A DNA stretch of 56,317 nt, the filler included, from Candidatus Desantisbacteria bacterium CG1_02_49_89 (GTDB taxonomy: Bacteria > Desantisbacteria > UBA1551), in assembly GCA_001871075.1 (NCBI GenBank). It is 4 parts of 4 records of this genome, joined end to end, with 100 filler letters (N's around TTAATTAATTAA, not from the genome) between each part and the next. Parts side by side here need not be neighbours in the genome. Positions count along the whole stretch, not along the records: positions 15,013 to 30,912 come from MNUP01000069.1; 3 more parts are not named here. The stretch is one strand, 5' to 3'. The translations under genes were made by a program, and so were the position numbers. A model generated the notes under the pieces. It saw nothing but the letters and a program-made list of their open reading frames with translations, did no database searches and was not told the DNA's origin. Positions 19,965 through 28,511 of this stretch are shown here, piece after piece; within the stretch, counting starts at the first letter, position 1; each line of letters starts with the position of its first letter.

Positions 19965-20870
19965 TCAAAACTCACGGATGGACTTGAACTCGTTAAACCT
20001 TCTTTCCACGTCAACGATGGAAATTTTCTTAAGAACTTCCAGGCCGAACCCCTCCGCGTTGTGGGACGCGATCGCGCTTCCGTATATCATCGCTTTCCTG
20101 ACGTTCCACTCGCTCACATCATCCGTCTTGGCAAGAAAACCTGTCAATCCCCCTCCGAAACAGTCCCCGCAGCCTGTTGGGTCAACTACGTTCTCCAGCG
20201 GGTAGCTTGGAGCGCTGAAATGCGCTGCCCTTGTGAAAAGCAGGGCGCCGTGCTCACCTTTTTTGATGATCACCGCCCTGGGCCCCATGCCCAGCGCCGA
20301 TTTACCTGCCCTGGAAAGATTGGGCATTTCGAAAAGCTCCCTTGCCTCTCCGTCGTTAAGGAGCAGCACGTCTATCTTCTTTATGACTTCCTTCACTTTT
20401 TCCCTTTTGTGCTCTATCCAGAAATTCATCGTATCCGCGATAACAAGATTAGGACTCCTTATCTGGGAAAGGACATCCAGCTGAAGCTGCGGGTCTATGT
20501 TCCCCAGAAAAATAAATCTTGCGTCCCTGTATTCCGCGGGCAGGTCCGGTTTGAATGACGCGAGCACGTTCAGTTCGGTTTTGAGGGTCTTTGCCTCGTT
20601 CATGTCGTATTCGTAAGATCCCTGCCACCTGAAAGTCTTCGCGTTCTTCTCTTTCTTCAGGCCGTCAAGTGAGATGTTCCTTTTTCCCAGTATCTGGAGC
20701 GCGTCCTGCGGGAAATCCTCGCCCACCACCGCGACTATGCCCGGCCTGCAGAAAAAACTCGCGGCGTATGAAGCGTATGTCGCGCTCCCGCCCAGCACAC
20801 CTTCGGCCTTGCCGAAAGGCGTCTCTATCGAATCGAGTGCCATTGTCCCGACTATAACTGCGTCAACCAT
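19965..20870 (-). CDS. PfkB family carbohydrate/nucleoside kinase
   Basis: GGSATY, DTMNFW, KKGEHGA, DPTGCGDCFGGG. Confidence 0.92.
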   Translation of the reverse strand: MVDAVIVGTMALDSIETPFGKAEGVLGGSATYASYAASFFCRPGIVAVVGEDFPQDALQILGKRNISLDGLKKEKNAKTFRWQGSYEYDMNEAKTLKTELNVLASFKPDLPAEYRDARFIFLGNIDPQLQLDVLSQIRSPNLVIADTMNFWIEHKREKVKEVIKKIDVLLLNDGEARELFEMPNLSRAGKSALGMGPRAVIIKKGEHGALLFTRAAHFSAPSYPLENVVDPTGCGDCFGGGLTGFLAKTDDVSEWNVRKAMIYGSAIASHNAEGFGLEVLKKISIVDVERRFNEFKSIREF

Positions 20871-20892
20871 TTTCGTCCTCCCGCTCAAATAC

Positions 20893-21032
20893 AGTATCAA
20901 AGTGTCAACGTGTCAGAGTATCAGAATTAATTCTAAATCAACTCAAAGGTCAAAGGTTAAAAGTCAAAGGTCAAAACTAATAATGTATTATACTTTTGAC
21001 TTTTGCGATTTGACATTTGCGATTTGCGATTC
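20893..21032. repeat. Octamer array plus GTCAAAA / TTTTGAC heptamer inverted pair
   Basis: Visible directly. Confidence 0.75.
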
Positions 21033-21036
21033 GAAT

Positions 21037-21804
21037 TTAATTATCGGACGTGATGGTATTCTTGACCCTGGGCTCGAACTCATAAAGGACTATCGCAGCG
21101 GTTACAAGGCCGGCTGTTTCCGTCCTCAGAACATTGGGGCCAAGGCTTACCGGGATCGCGTCATTATAGCGCGCGTGGCCTATTTCATCCCTGGTAAACC
21201 CTCCTTCAGGCCCTATGAATATGCCGATGCGGTAGGGGTAGGCTTCGATCCTGCATTTTTTCAGGACATCTTTCAATCCTGTTCCCCTTTCGTCTTCCCA
21301 GGGCACTATCTTCAGGTCAAGCTCTGCTTTGAACGCCTCTTTGAACGGTATGATCTTACCTATCTCGGTAACCCTGGTCCTGCCTGATTGCTTGGACGCT
21401 TCTTTCGCTATCCTTTCCCACCTGGACCTGCGCTCTTCCATCTTGCCCGTTTCAATATCCGGAACTACGCGCGAAGTAACAATGGGCACTATCCTGTGAA
21501 TGCCTATCTCGGTGCATTTCTCTACGATCAGGTCCATTTTGGTCGATTTCGGCAGGCCCTGAAAAAGCGTTACCTCAACGTAAGATTCCCTTTCCCTGAA
21601 TTTTTCGTGTATGACCCTCACGTCCACGCCGGAATCACCCGCGTTTTCAATGATAGCGAAATATTCTTTGCCTGTGCCGTCGAAAATGCTTATGGTATCC
21701 CCGCGCTCAAGCCTCAGCACCGTTGAGATATGCCTTGCTTCCCTGCCGCGAATGCTGAATTTATCCCCTTTTATTGTTTTCGGTTCAACGAAAAACCTCG
21801 GCAT
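21037..21804 (-). CDS. rsmE: 16S rRNA m3U1498 methyltransferase
   Basis: HI..VLRL, K.TEIG, EASKQSGR, IGPEGGF, LGPNVLRTETA. Confidence 0.96.
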   Translation of the reverse strand: MPRFFVEPKTIKGDKFSIRGREARHISTVLRLERGDTISIFDGTGKEYFAIIENAGDSGVDVRVIHEKFRERESYVEVTLFQGLPKSTKMDLIVEKCTEIGIHRIVPIVTSRVVPDIETGKMEERRSRWERIAKEASKQSGRTRVTEIGKIIPFKEAFKAELDLKIVPWEDERGTGLKDVLKKCRIEAYPYRIGIFIGPEGGFTRDEIGHARYNDAIPVSLGPNVLRTETAGLVTAAIVLYEFEPRVKNTITSDN

Positions 21805-21921
21805 TGCTTTTCTCCGTAAAATCGGTCATTGGTCATTAGTCATTTGTCATTAGTTAGAAATATTTATTTATTAAACTATCTTATATATGATTTTTAACTG
21901 GCTAAACTGACATAACTTATT

Positions 21922-21950
21922 ATTATATATCATTTTAAGCGAAAAGTCAA
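21922..21950 (-). promoter_or_regulatory. Sigma-70 promoter for rsmE-pfkB-hinT
   Basis: TTGACT-17-TATAAT on the minus strand. Confidence 0.7.
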
Positions 21951-21951
21951 C

Positions 21952-21983
21952 AAAAAAGCGGGGTTTTAACCCCGCTCTTTTTA
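21952..21983. terminator. Intrinsic terminator, probably bidirectional
   Basis: A6-GCGGGGTT-TT-AACCCCGC-TCTTTTT. Confidence 0.8.
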
Positions 21984-22031
21984 TTTATGTAACTCAAACC
22001 TTCAGGTTTGAGCCTGATTGTCTCTGTCCGT

Positions 22032-22238
22032 TTAACGTTTCAGCATCCCCTCAGGTTCCTTCAGGTTCTGGAATCCCTGGAGATAATCGTCATACCGGAG
22101 CGGAGACTCTATGCCGAAACCTGCAAGCATATCTATCGCTTCGCTCATGGAATAACCGAGTTCCTCAGCCATCTTCCCGATGGATGCCTTCCCCGAACGG
22201 TACATCTTGAACCAGTAGAAAGTCCAGCCTCCATTCAA
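22032..22238 (-). pseudogene. UPF0175-family antitoxin-like gene, C-terminal part
   Basis: Y..GK.S.GK.AE.LG.S..E..D.LA.FGI pattern; no RBS; begins right at repeat R1; N-terminal part appears at 23008-23097. Confidence 0.7.
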
Positions 22239-22239
22239 C

Positions 22240-22267
22240 GTAATTAAGTATTGTGTCCCCGGAATTA
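22240..22267. repeat. Repeat R1 copy a (GTAATTAAGTATTGTGTCCCCGGAATTA)
   Basis: 27/28 identical direct repeat at 23160-23187. Confidence 0.9.
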
Positions 22268-22295
22268 CGAATTACGGAATTATGCGGAATTAAAG

Positions 22296-22595
22296 TCAAG
22301 TACTAGACTTGACTTCTTGTCTTATTCCCCGGTCTATCCATTCGCGCATAAGTTTTTGGTAAGGGGCCTTTTTAATTTTAGCGATTTCTTTTGTTTTTTC
22401 TATTTCCCAATTTGCCAGGCGAATAGAGACTAATTTTTTAGTTGCTCTTTCTTTGATTTTATGAATTAAGGCAGGCGACAAAAGAAACAAGTCGTTTACT
22501 TCCTTAAGTTCCTCTAAATAGTCAGTTATACTATGTGTATCCCAAAACCTTAATTCATCTTCCAAATTTTTGAAATGCGGGATTTTTCTTTTCAT
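22296..22595 (-). CDS. BrnA/CopG-like antitoxin
   Basis: IPHFKN..DE..FWDTH, VSIRL, PYQ.LMREWI; overlaps the toxin stop. Confidence 0.85.
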   Translation of the reverse strand: MKRKIPHFKNLEDELRFWDTHSITDYLEELKEVNDLFLLSPALIHKIKERATKKLVSIRLANWEIEKTKEIAKIKKAPYQKLMREWIDRGIRQEVKSST

Positions 22596-22867
22596 AATTT
22601 TAATTTCCTCCTGTATAATCTTTTTTCTTCCTCATTCATATCCCTCGCAGTTATTACTTGAACATCCTTAACACCTTCTAAAAATTCAAAAACAACGATT
22701 AAATATCGGCCCGAAAATGTTCTGCCAAAAACCAAATATCTGCCTTGCCTTGTTTTTAAAAGAAAATATTTTGATACAAAAACTTCCTCTGTTTCATCTG
22801 GTCTGACATCGTGATTCCCGATATGTTCTATATTATTATCATTCCAAACAAACGATTTCATTTTCAA
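22592..22867 (-). CDS. brnT: BrnT family toxin
   Basis: F.W...NIEHI..H.V...E.EEVF, GRT..GRYL.VVF, VITARDM...E.RLY. Confidence 0.88.
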   Translation of the reverse strand: MKMKSFVWNDNNIEHIGNHDVRPDETEEVFVSKYFLLKTRQGRYLVFGRTFSGRYLIVVFEFLEGVKDVQVITARDMNEEEKRLYRRKLKL

Positions 22868-23007
22868 GGGATACTCCTACTACTGTATTTACATTATAGT
22901 ATATACAAAAAAGAAATTTTGTCAAGAAAAAAATGATTTTTTTATGGAATTAACTGTTGAGGTTGTTGCATTTGGGTTTCCAGTGATTTATTTCCTCGAG
23001 TTCAATT

Positions 23008-23097
23008 TTATCTTGATCGGTGCTCTTTATGTAACTTTGACAGCTTCTCTATCTTGTCAAGTTCTCCCCTATTTAAACGCAGGCTCATTACGCTCAT
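23008..23097 (-). pseudogene. N-terminal RHH-like fragment (MSVMSLRLNRGELDKIEKLSKLHKEHRSR*), likely 5' half of the UPF0175 gene
   Basis: Hand translation; GGGAGA RBS upstream; VMSLRL beta-strand then helix; premature stop after 29 aa. Confidence 0.6.
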
Positions 23098-23159
23098 TTT
23101 ATTTTTCTCCCTTTATCTTCTCTTCCGCGTCACCTACGGTAATCCGCTGGGAAATCCGA

Positions 23160-23187
23160 GTAATCAAGTATTGTGTCCCCGGAATTA
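23160..23187. repeat. Repeat R1 copy b
   Basis: Direct repeat of 22240-22267. Confidence 0.9.
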
Positions 23188-23247
23188 TTACTTGATCGCC
23201 TCAAAATAATTGATTGTGGGGCGTCTGAACGATCAAATTACACAAAA

Positions 23248-23853
23248 TTATAGTTTTTCTTTATCTTTTTGAGTGCCTTCTTGAATTGTTCGTTGCGAAT
23301 AAATAATGTCAATTGCAGCTACATTTGAATTAAACCAAGTCTTTGTCATTGTAATTTGGGTCGAACGGAGTAACCAGGTAATATCTAAAGAATTTTTTAC
23401 TTCCGTGAGCTTACCATATTTGTCTTCTAAAATTTTTACCAAAGAATTCCACACCTCATTCAATTCAATGCTGTTAAAATAGCCTCCGTCCTTTGGTTTT
23501 ACTGCAAGTGTAACTTCTTTTAATTTTTCATTACTATCAAAGTCAAATAGAACTATAGTAGGGTGATCAAACATTTTGTCTTCATATCTAATAGAATCAA
23601 CTTTGTTAAAAAACTTTGCCCACTTCTTATTTGTTTCCAATTTTAATGTTAATTCTTCCCACTTAACATCATTTATCGCAAGTTTTACTGCTTCTTTTGT
23701 CATTCCCCATTTTGCGTTTCTGTATCCGCCCGGGTCTAAAATGGTTTGAGTATTTAGGTCACCAATTTTTTCGACTATAGTATCAGCAAAACAATTAAGA
23801 GTGCAAAACATAATAATTGAGGCAGATAAAAAAATGAGTCTTTTCATGATCAA
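23248..23853 (-). CDS. Hypothetical exported protein
   Basis: AGGAG RBS, N-terminal signal peptide, GYRNAKWGMT..V motif, AT-rich. Confidence 0.8.
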   Translation of the reverse strand: MIMKRLIFLSASIIMFCTLNCFADTIVEKIGDLNTQTILDPGGYRNAKWGMTKEAVKLAINDVKWEELTLKLETNKKWAKFFNKVDSIRYEDKMFDHPTIVLFDFDSNEKLKEVTLAVKPKDGGYFNSIELNEVWNSLVKILEDKYGKLTEVKNSLDITWLLRSTQITMTKTWFNSNVAAIDIIYSQRTIQEGTQKDKEKL

Positions 23854-23865
23854 CTCCTGATATAA

Positions 23866-23913
23866 AAAAAGGGGGTCAGACCTTGAATATTGAATTATTT
23901 GTTACGCAGACCT
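23866..23913. repeat. Repeat R2 copy a (AAAAAGGGGGTCAGACCTTGAATATTGAATTATTTGTTACGCAGACCT)
   Basis: Perfect 48-bp direct repeat at 25163-25210. Confidence 0.93.
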
Positions 23914-24345
23914 CCCTCCTAACATAACTGGCGGGTCTTCGAAAAGGTCTGCCCTACGAAAGACGTCCCGATAAATCGGGACCGCTACAAAAATACGCAA
24001 ACCTCCCTCCTAAATAATTGGCAGCTTGCCCGCCAGTTAGTTTGGCGGGGGTCTTCGAAAAGCCTTGCCCTACGAAATTATTCGGGCTCAATCCTCCTTA
24101 AAAATTGGCGGACAGGTAAATTGGGCCCCTACGCGCAGGCTGAAGCCTGCGGCTACCAATGTGCGATGAATCGTCCACCAAACTGACTGGCGGACAGGCA
24201 CCGCTATCCGCCCCGACGAAAAGTCGGAGCGGGCAAAATCCCCTCCGAAGAGTCCGCATACTCCGTCCTTTCGGAGTCATCGGACCTGTGTCCCCCTTTA
24301 AAAAGGGGGAAATAGATCGGGCGTCATAAATACCGCCCCTACAGG
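23905..24345. repeat. REP-like palindrome mosaic (CTAC-ended hairpins with nested insertions)
   Basis: About 160 bp shared with 26052-26262 and partly, inverted, with 54291-54370. Confidence 0.85.
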
Positions 24346-24466
24346 TCACCTGATAATGATGCTTTTGCACAAAATAAAAGGTGCTTTACCCGCAAACCGG
24401 CGGTTCAGCGCCCTGTAATACATAAAATCAGTAAAGCCATATAAGGAATTTATCGGCGACAAAATA

Positions 24467-24643
24467 TCACACGCGGATAGGTTTTTTTTCCACCCGTTTT
24501 AATTTTAAGTTTGCTTCTTTGAGAAACTTCTCTGATTCTTCGTGAATCCTTTTGATCCTCTGCTCAGGAGTTAGGTGTTTTTCTTCTTCATAAACCTTTT
24601 CCATTATCTCGTGGATTTCTCTCATTACTTTTGATTCTTTCAT
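24467..24643 (-). CDS. Small charged protein (58 aa), probable partner/antitoxin of the PIN protein
   Basis: Hand translation MKESKVMREIHEIMEKVYEEEKHLTPEQRIKRI...KKPIRV; ATGA overlap with the PIN stop; below the ORF-track cutoff. Confidence 0.75.
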   Translation of the reverse strand: MKESKVMREIHEIMEKVYEEEKHLTPEQRIKRIHEESEKFLKEANLKLKRVEKKPIRV

Positions 24644-25110
24644 GGTTCAACCACCTCCAACGGTGAACAGATTTCTATTTCAGAATAGTCCAGTAATTTA
24701 TTCACTCCGTTTACTTCTGTCCTTGTTTTTAGTTTGACGATATGCTGAAAATTCCAGCTCACTATGACATCCATTTCATTTATTACCGCCACGGCAATAT
24801 GGATAGCGTCCGCACGGTACTTTTCAGGAATTATACCTTCCCTTATATACCTATCAGCCAATGCTTCTGCTTCAGAATCAATTTCCAGCATCTGAGGAGC
24901 AACCCTGCGCACTAAATCCTCCACCTGGGTCTTTCTTGGCTCAGACGCCCTGCCTATTTCTCTGGCGACTTCTTCAGAAATAAAGATTCCTTCAGCTTGC
25001 TTGGAAAGAATCTTAAAAAGCTTTTCTGTAACCTCCCTTTTTTCCGGAGCATCATCGGCAAACATAAAGTTAAATATACTGGTATCAAAGTAGTAGTTTT
25101 TCTTCTTCAA
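24640..25110 (-). CDS. PIN-domain (VapC-like) protein
   Basis: YFDTS, S.EV..EI, DAIHIAVA, IVSWNFQH, ICSP.EV. Confidence 0.9.
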   Translation of the reverse strand: MKKKNYYFDTSIFNFMFADDAPEKREVTEKLFKILSKQAEGIFISEEVAREIGRASEPRKTQVEDLVRRVAPQMLEIDSEAEALADRYIREGIIPEKYRADAIHIAVAVINEMDVIVSWNFQHIVKLKTRTEVNGVNKLLDYSEIEICSPLEVVEP

Positions 25111-25162
25111 TTATACTCCCGGACATTCCCCCGTTTCCCTTTTATTATAAGGGTAAAACGCG

Positions 25163-25210
25163 AAAAAGGGGGTCAGACCTTGAATATTGAATTATTTGTT
25201 ACGCAGACCT
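25163..25210. repeat. Repeat R2 copy b
   Basis: Identical to 23866-23913. Confidence 0.93.
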
Positions 25211-25313
25211 AAAGGTTTGCCACTACATTCCGATCTAAGGGTAATGATACTCAAATATTTGTGTTACAGAGCACTAGTTGTTTTTCTTGGTTGTTGTTGT
25301 TTGTTATTGTTTT

Positions 25314-25577
25314 TTAAGAAGAGTAGGTTCTTTCATTCCTTCGCCTTATATAGATGATTTCAATGAGTTTATTTATTAAATCAAACCTGTATCCAATCCT
25401 AAAATTACCTTGTCTTATTCTATAATAAAATTCTTTACCTTTTTTAATTTTCTTTACTCCTATTGGTAATGGATTAAATTTAAGAGCCTTAATATTATCA
25501 GCAATCCGTTGAAGGTCATCCCTGCTGATATTTTCAATATCTTTTTTAACGCTTTTCTTTACAATAAGATTAAACAT
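25314..25577 (-). CDS. relE: RelE/ParE family toxin
   Basis: L..NP.P.G.KK.K, YRIRQGNFRIGY, I..R...Y. Confidence 0.9.
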   Translation of the reverse strand: MFNLIVKKSVKKDIENISRDDLQRIADNIKALKFNPLPIGVKKIKKGKEFYYRIRQGNFRIGYRFDLINKLIEIIYIRRRNERTYSS

Positions 25578-25806
25578 TTAGACCTTTATGTTTTAAATGT
25601 TTATTCCATTCCGCTTCACTCATTGAGGGTTCATTCTTTCGGGACTCTATAATAACCAAATCTTCTTCATCTTCTTTCATTTCCTCGATCTTCTCGGCAA
25701 CCGCCTCAGTAACAAAATGAGATATTACGACCCCGTTTTGTTTGCGGATGTTTTGTAATTCTTTAATAAGAGCTTCAGGCATTCTGACAGCCATCAATTT
25801 TATCAT
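25570..25806 (-). CDS. RHH antitoxin (RelB/DUF6290-like)
   Basis: MAVRMPE.L N-terminal RHH, acidic EDEEDL tail; GGAGGTG RBS; overlaps the toxin start. Confidence 0.85.
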   Translation of the reverse strand: MIKLMAVRMPEALIKELQNIRKQNGVVISHFVTEAVAEKIEEMKEDEEDLVIIESRKNEPSMSEAEWNKHLKHKGLNV

Positions 25807-25827
25807 TTTTATCACCTCCAATATCTA

Positions 25828-25856
25828 ATTATAGCATATTATAACAATTATGTCAA
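25828..25856 (-). promoter_or_regulatory. Sigma-70 promoter of the relBE-like module
   Basis: TTGACA-17-TATAAT with TG; the 24 bp including and upstream of the -35 are identical to 22920-22943. Confidence 0.8.
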
Positions 25857-25954
25857 GAAAAAAATGATTTTTTTGTGTAAATTAGAAAATTTTTAAGAGC
25901 GTGGAAATTTGTTTATCGTCGGAAAAAACTGAAAATGGTAGGAATGGCATAACT

Positions 25955-26366
25955 ATGTCGGATGAATCCGACCGCTCCAAATATGCGATAAATCGCAGCG
26001 GACAAAATCCCCCTATGTCCCCCTTTATTAAAGGAGGAAACGGGAATTATTACGCAAGGCTCCCTCCTAATAAAATTGGCAGCTTGCCCGCCAGTTAGTT
26101 TGGCGGGGGTCTTCGAAAAGCCTTGCCCTATCCGCCCCGATGGACATCGGGGCGAGACCTCGCCCCAAAGGGGCGGGCGAAATATTCGGGTTCAATCCTC
26201 CTTAAAAATTGGCGGACAGGTAAATTGAGCCCCTACGCGCAGGCTGAAGCCTGCGGCTACCCACAAGGTTACCTTTGGGCGACCAAGGTCGCCCCTACGC
26301 GCATCTTCACCCACATCCCGCAAACAACACCCTCACCTCAATCCTCCCCCGTGTAAGGGGGAGGAA
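25955..26366. repeat. REP-like palindrome mosaic with a 47-bp mini-insertion at 26131-26177
   Basis: Aligns to 23995-24158 apart from the insertion. Confidence 0.85.
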
Positions 26367-26385
26367 GAATTAGGAGTAGTGAATT

Positions 26386-28347
26386 TTATAGAAAGGGCGC
26401 GACAGTATGGCCGCGTATGCCGGTGAACATATCTATCACGACCCAGAGACCCTTGACAAAGAATTCACCCAGGATCAGCCCCAGGAATCCGGGCATAAGC
26501 CTGCGGTAAACCTTTATCCCGCCGAACCTCATAACCAGGGACTTGATCGCCCATCCAAGCATTATCGGGAACCATATCTGGACAGTGGGCCATGAATCCC
26601 CCATTATGTAACCCAGGGGGTGGAACGGCCACCAGAGAAACATGCGCCGCATCCACAGCAGGAATATCATCGAGCCAACGCCTATGAACATTGACAGGAT
26701 GTATTTCGGGTTCGCCTTTACGGGATTGTTCAGAAGATTTGCAGAATGCATGCTCCCCCATTCAGGGCCATAAGCCCAGGTGTATCCCGTGCAGTTCACT
26801 CCCCCGATCTTATACATCAGCGCGATGTAGGTAGGGTATGAAATAAGGATCGTGACCAGGATGCCCAGTGCTATTACGATCGTGGTATGCCTGGGTTTTA
26901 ATTTTGCCGCGTCGGTGATCTTCATGCTGTCAAAAAGCGAAGGCATCAGCACGCTTCGCTGGTCCCTCATGAACACGTGCTCCACAGGGCCTATAAGCGT
27001 GGCTATGTTGTTCGTGCCCAGCATCGTGCTTCCGGTAAAAGCCATTATCAGGTCAGACGGCCTGAAGGATGCCTGGAAGAAATAAATGCCGCCTTCCGCC
27101 GCAAGCCTGGACGCTGAAATGACTATGAGGAAAAAGATGATGAAAATAATGAGGATCAGCCAGAAGGACGCGCCAGCTGCCATGCCCCAGAAACCGATGA
27201 AGAGCAGGCCGGCAATAAGGCCGAGCAGCGCGGTCCTGTATGAAACCGGCTCGTTCGCCTCTTCGGGATCCTTCTCCCTGCTGAAAGCCCTTGTGAAGAT
27301 CCTCTTTATCTCCGCCCTCGCAGCCCAGAAAAGGAACCCTGCGAAAACCATCATACCGCCCGCGATCTGGTACCCGATAAACGCCCTTGTGGGATACGTG
27401 AACATCATCGGCATCGGGAAACCCATCGCCGAACCGGCAATAGCCTGGAGCCTGAAGAAAAAGTAGAAAAACCACAGGCTGAATGAAAGCTGGGTGGGTA
27501 AAAGGTATGTAAGGCCCAGCGCGCTGAATATCATCGCCAGGTTTATCGGGTTCAAACCGTCCCACGGTTTGGTCTTGATGAACGACGAAAGCCACAGGTT
27601 CAGCTGTATCTGCGGCACGAACGGAAAATAATGGTGCAGGCCGTTCAGTGTAAGGATAACAGCCGGTATAGCGAACCCTATCCACATCACTTTGTCCCTA
27701 AAGAACGGCGAAAGGGCGTGCCCTTCTTCCTCTTTTGCCATCTCTAACGGAAGCGAAACCAGCGGGAACATAAGTTTCTCGTTCTGGACCCACTGCTTGC
27801 GCATGAGCACCACGACGCAGAACATTACAAGGTACATTGAAAGTGCGAGTATGATCCAGGACACAAAAGGCCTTACCCAGTCTCCCCAGGGTATTTTCAT
27901 CCCCAGGGGCAGCCCTTCCCAGAGGTAAGTTATGGAACTCGGGTTGGCAGGGACCAGCCATTTCACAAGGTACGGATGCAGTATCTGCGCCCACCTGTTA
28001 GTCGGGTTGGCAGCGTAAAACTCCTTTGTGGTTATCGGTATGAGTGAATGCACCAGGCCAAGGGACGCGATGCATCCGCTTACGAGCATCATGCTGTATA
28101 TGAACATGAGCTCGCTCTGGTTAAGCCCTACCTTCATTTTTTTCAGCAGGAAATTCACCACAAGGACAAGCACCGTGAACGTGAATACCACGTTAACGGG
28201 CAAAAATTCCGCGCCGCTCCAGACCGTGCCGACAACCAGGTCGCTGAAAGGGCTGAAAATGCTTATGAAAGCAACGCATATCAGGCCCACGATCACGCCT
28301 TTCCAGGTCAGGCCGTTCAGCTGACCCCCTCCCTTCTGCTCTTCCAT
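26386..28347 (-). CDS. Multi-pass membrane protein, DUF6785/DUF6784-like (putative peptide transporter)
   Basis: Many TM helices; RKQWV..EKL.FPL, SRLAAEGG, WWPFHPLGY, PGFLGLILGE motifs. Confidence 0.75.
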   Translation of the reverse strand: MEEQKGGGQLNGLTWKGVIVGLICVAFISIFSPFSDLVVGTVWSGAEFLPVNVVFTFTVLVLVVNFLLKKMKVGLNQSELMFIYSMMLVSGCIASLGLVHSLIPITTKEFYAANPTNRWAQILHPYLVKWLVPANPSSITYLWEGLPLGMKIPWGDWVRPFVSWIILALSMYLVMFCVVVLMRKQWVQNEKLMFPLVSLPLEMAKEEEGHALSPFFRDKVMWIGFAIPAVILTLNGLHHYFPFVPQIQLNLWLSSFIKTKPWDGLNPINLAMIFSALGLTYLLPTQLSFSLWFFYFFFRLQAIAGSAMGFPMPMMFTYPTRAFIGYQIAGGMMVFAGFLFWAARAEIKRIFTRAFSREKDPEEANEPVSYRTALLGLIAGLLFIGFWGMAAGASFWLILIIFIIFFLIVISASRLAAEGGIYFFQASFRPSDLIMAFTGSTMLGTNNIATLIGPVEHVFMRDQRSVLMPSLFDSMKITDAAKLKPRHTTIVIALGILVTILISYPTYIALMYKIGGVNCTGYTWAYGPEWGSMHSANLLNNPVKANPKYILSMFIGVGSMIFLLWMRRMFLWWPFHPLGYIMGDSWPTVQIWFPIMLGWAIKSLVMRFGGIKVYRRLMPGFLGLILGEFFVKGLWVVIDMFTGIRGHTVAPFL

Positions 28348-28511
28348 GGTCCCCTCCTTTTTTAAACTGACGATTACGGTGATTTAAAAATAACGATTAC
28401 GGAATTGAGCACCCACTCCCAAAACACGCAAACCTAAAGGTTTGCCCTACAATAAAATTCCTTGTTGTTGCGCTGACACGTTGATACGTTGACACGCTGA
28501 CACGCTTTTTA

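Noticed and set aside
23187-23247. Hairpin after the 201-aa gene as an attC site
   Set aside because: Lacks RYYYAAC/GTTRRRY boxes; more likely a terminator-like stem
22240-25210. R1 and R2 as CRISPR repeats
   Set aside because: Only two copies each, about 0.9-1.3 kb apart with genes between them, and no cas genes
19366-26356. ORFs in repeat mosaics (19366-19920, 22251-22433, 22944-23195, 24098-24370, 25901-26356)
   Set aside because: No RBS or recognisable motifs; they are antisense to real genes or read through palindromes
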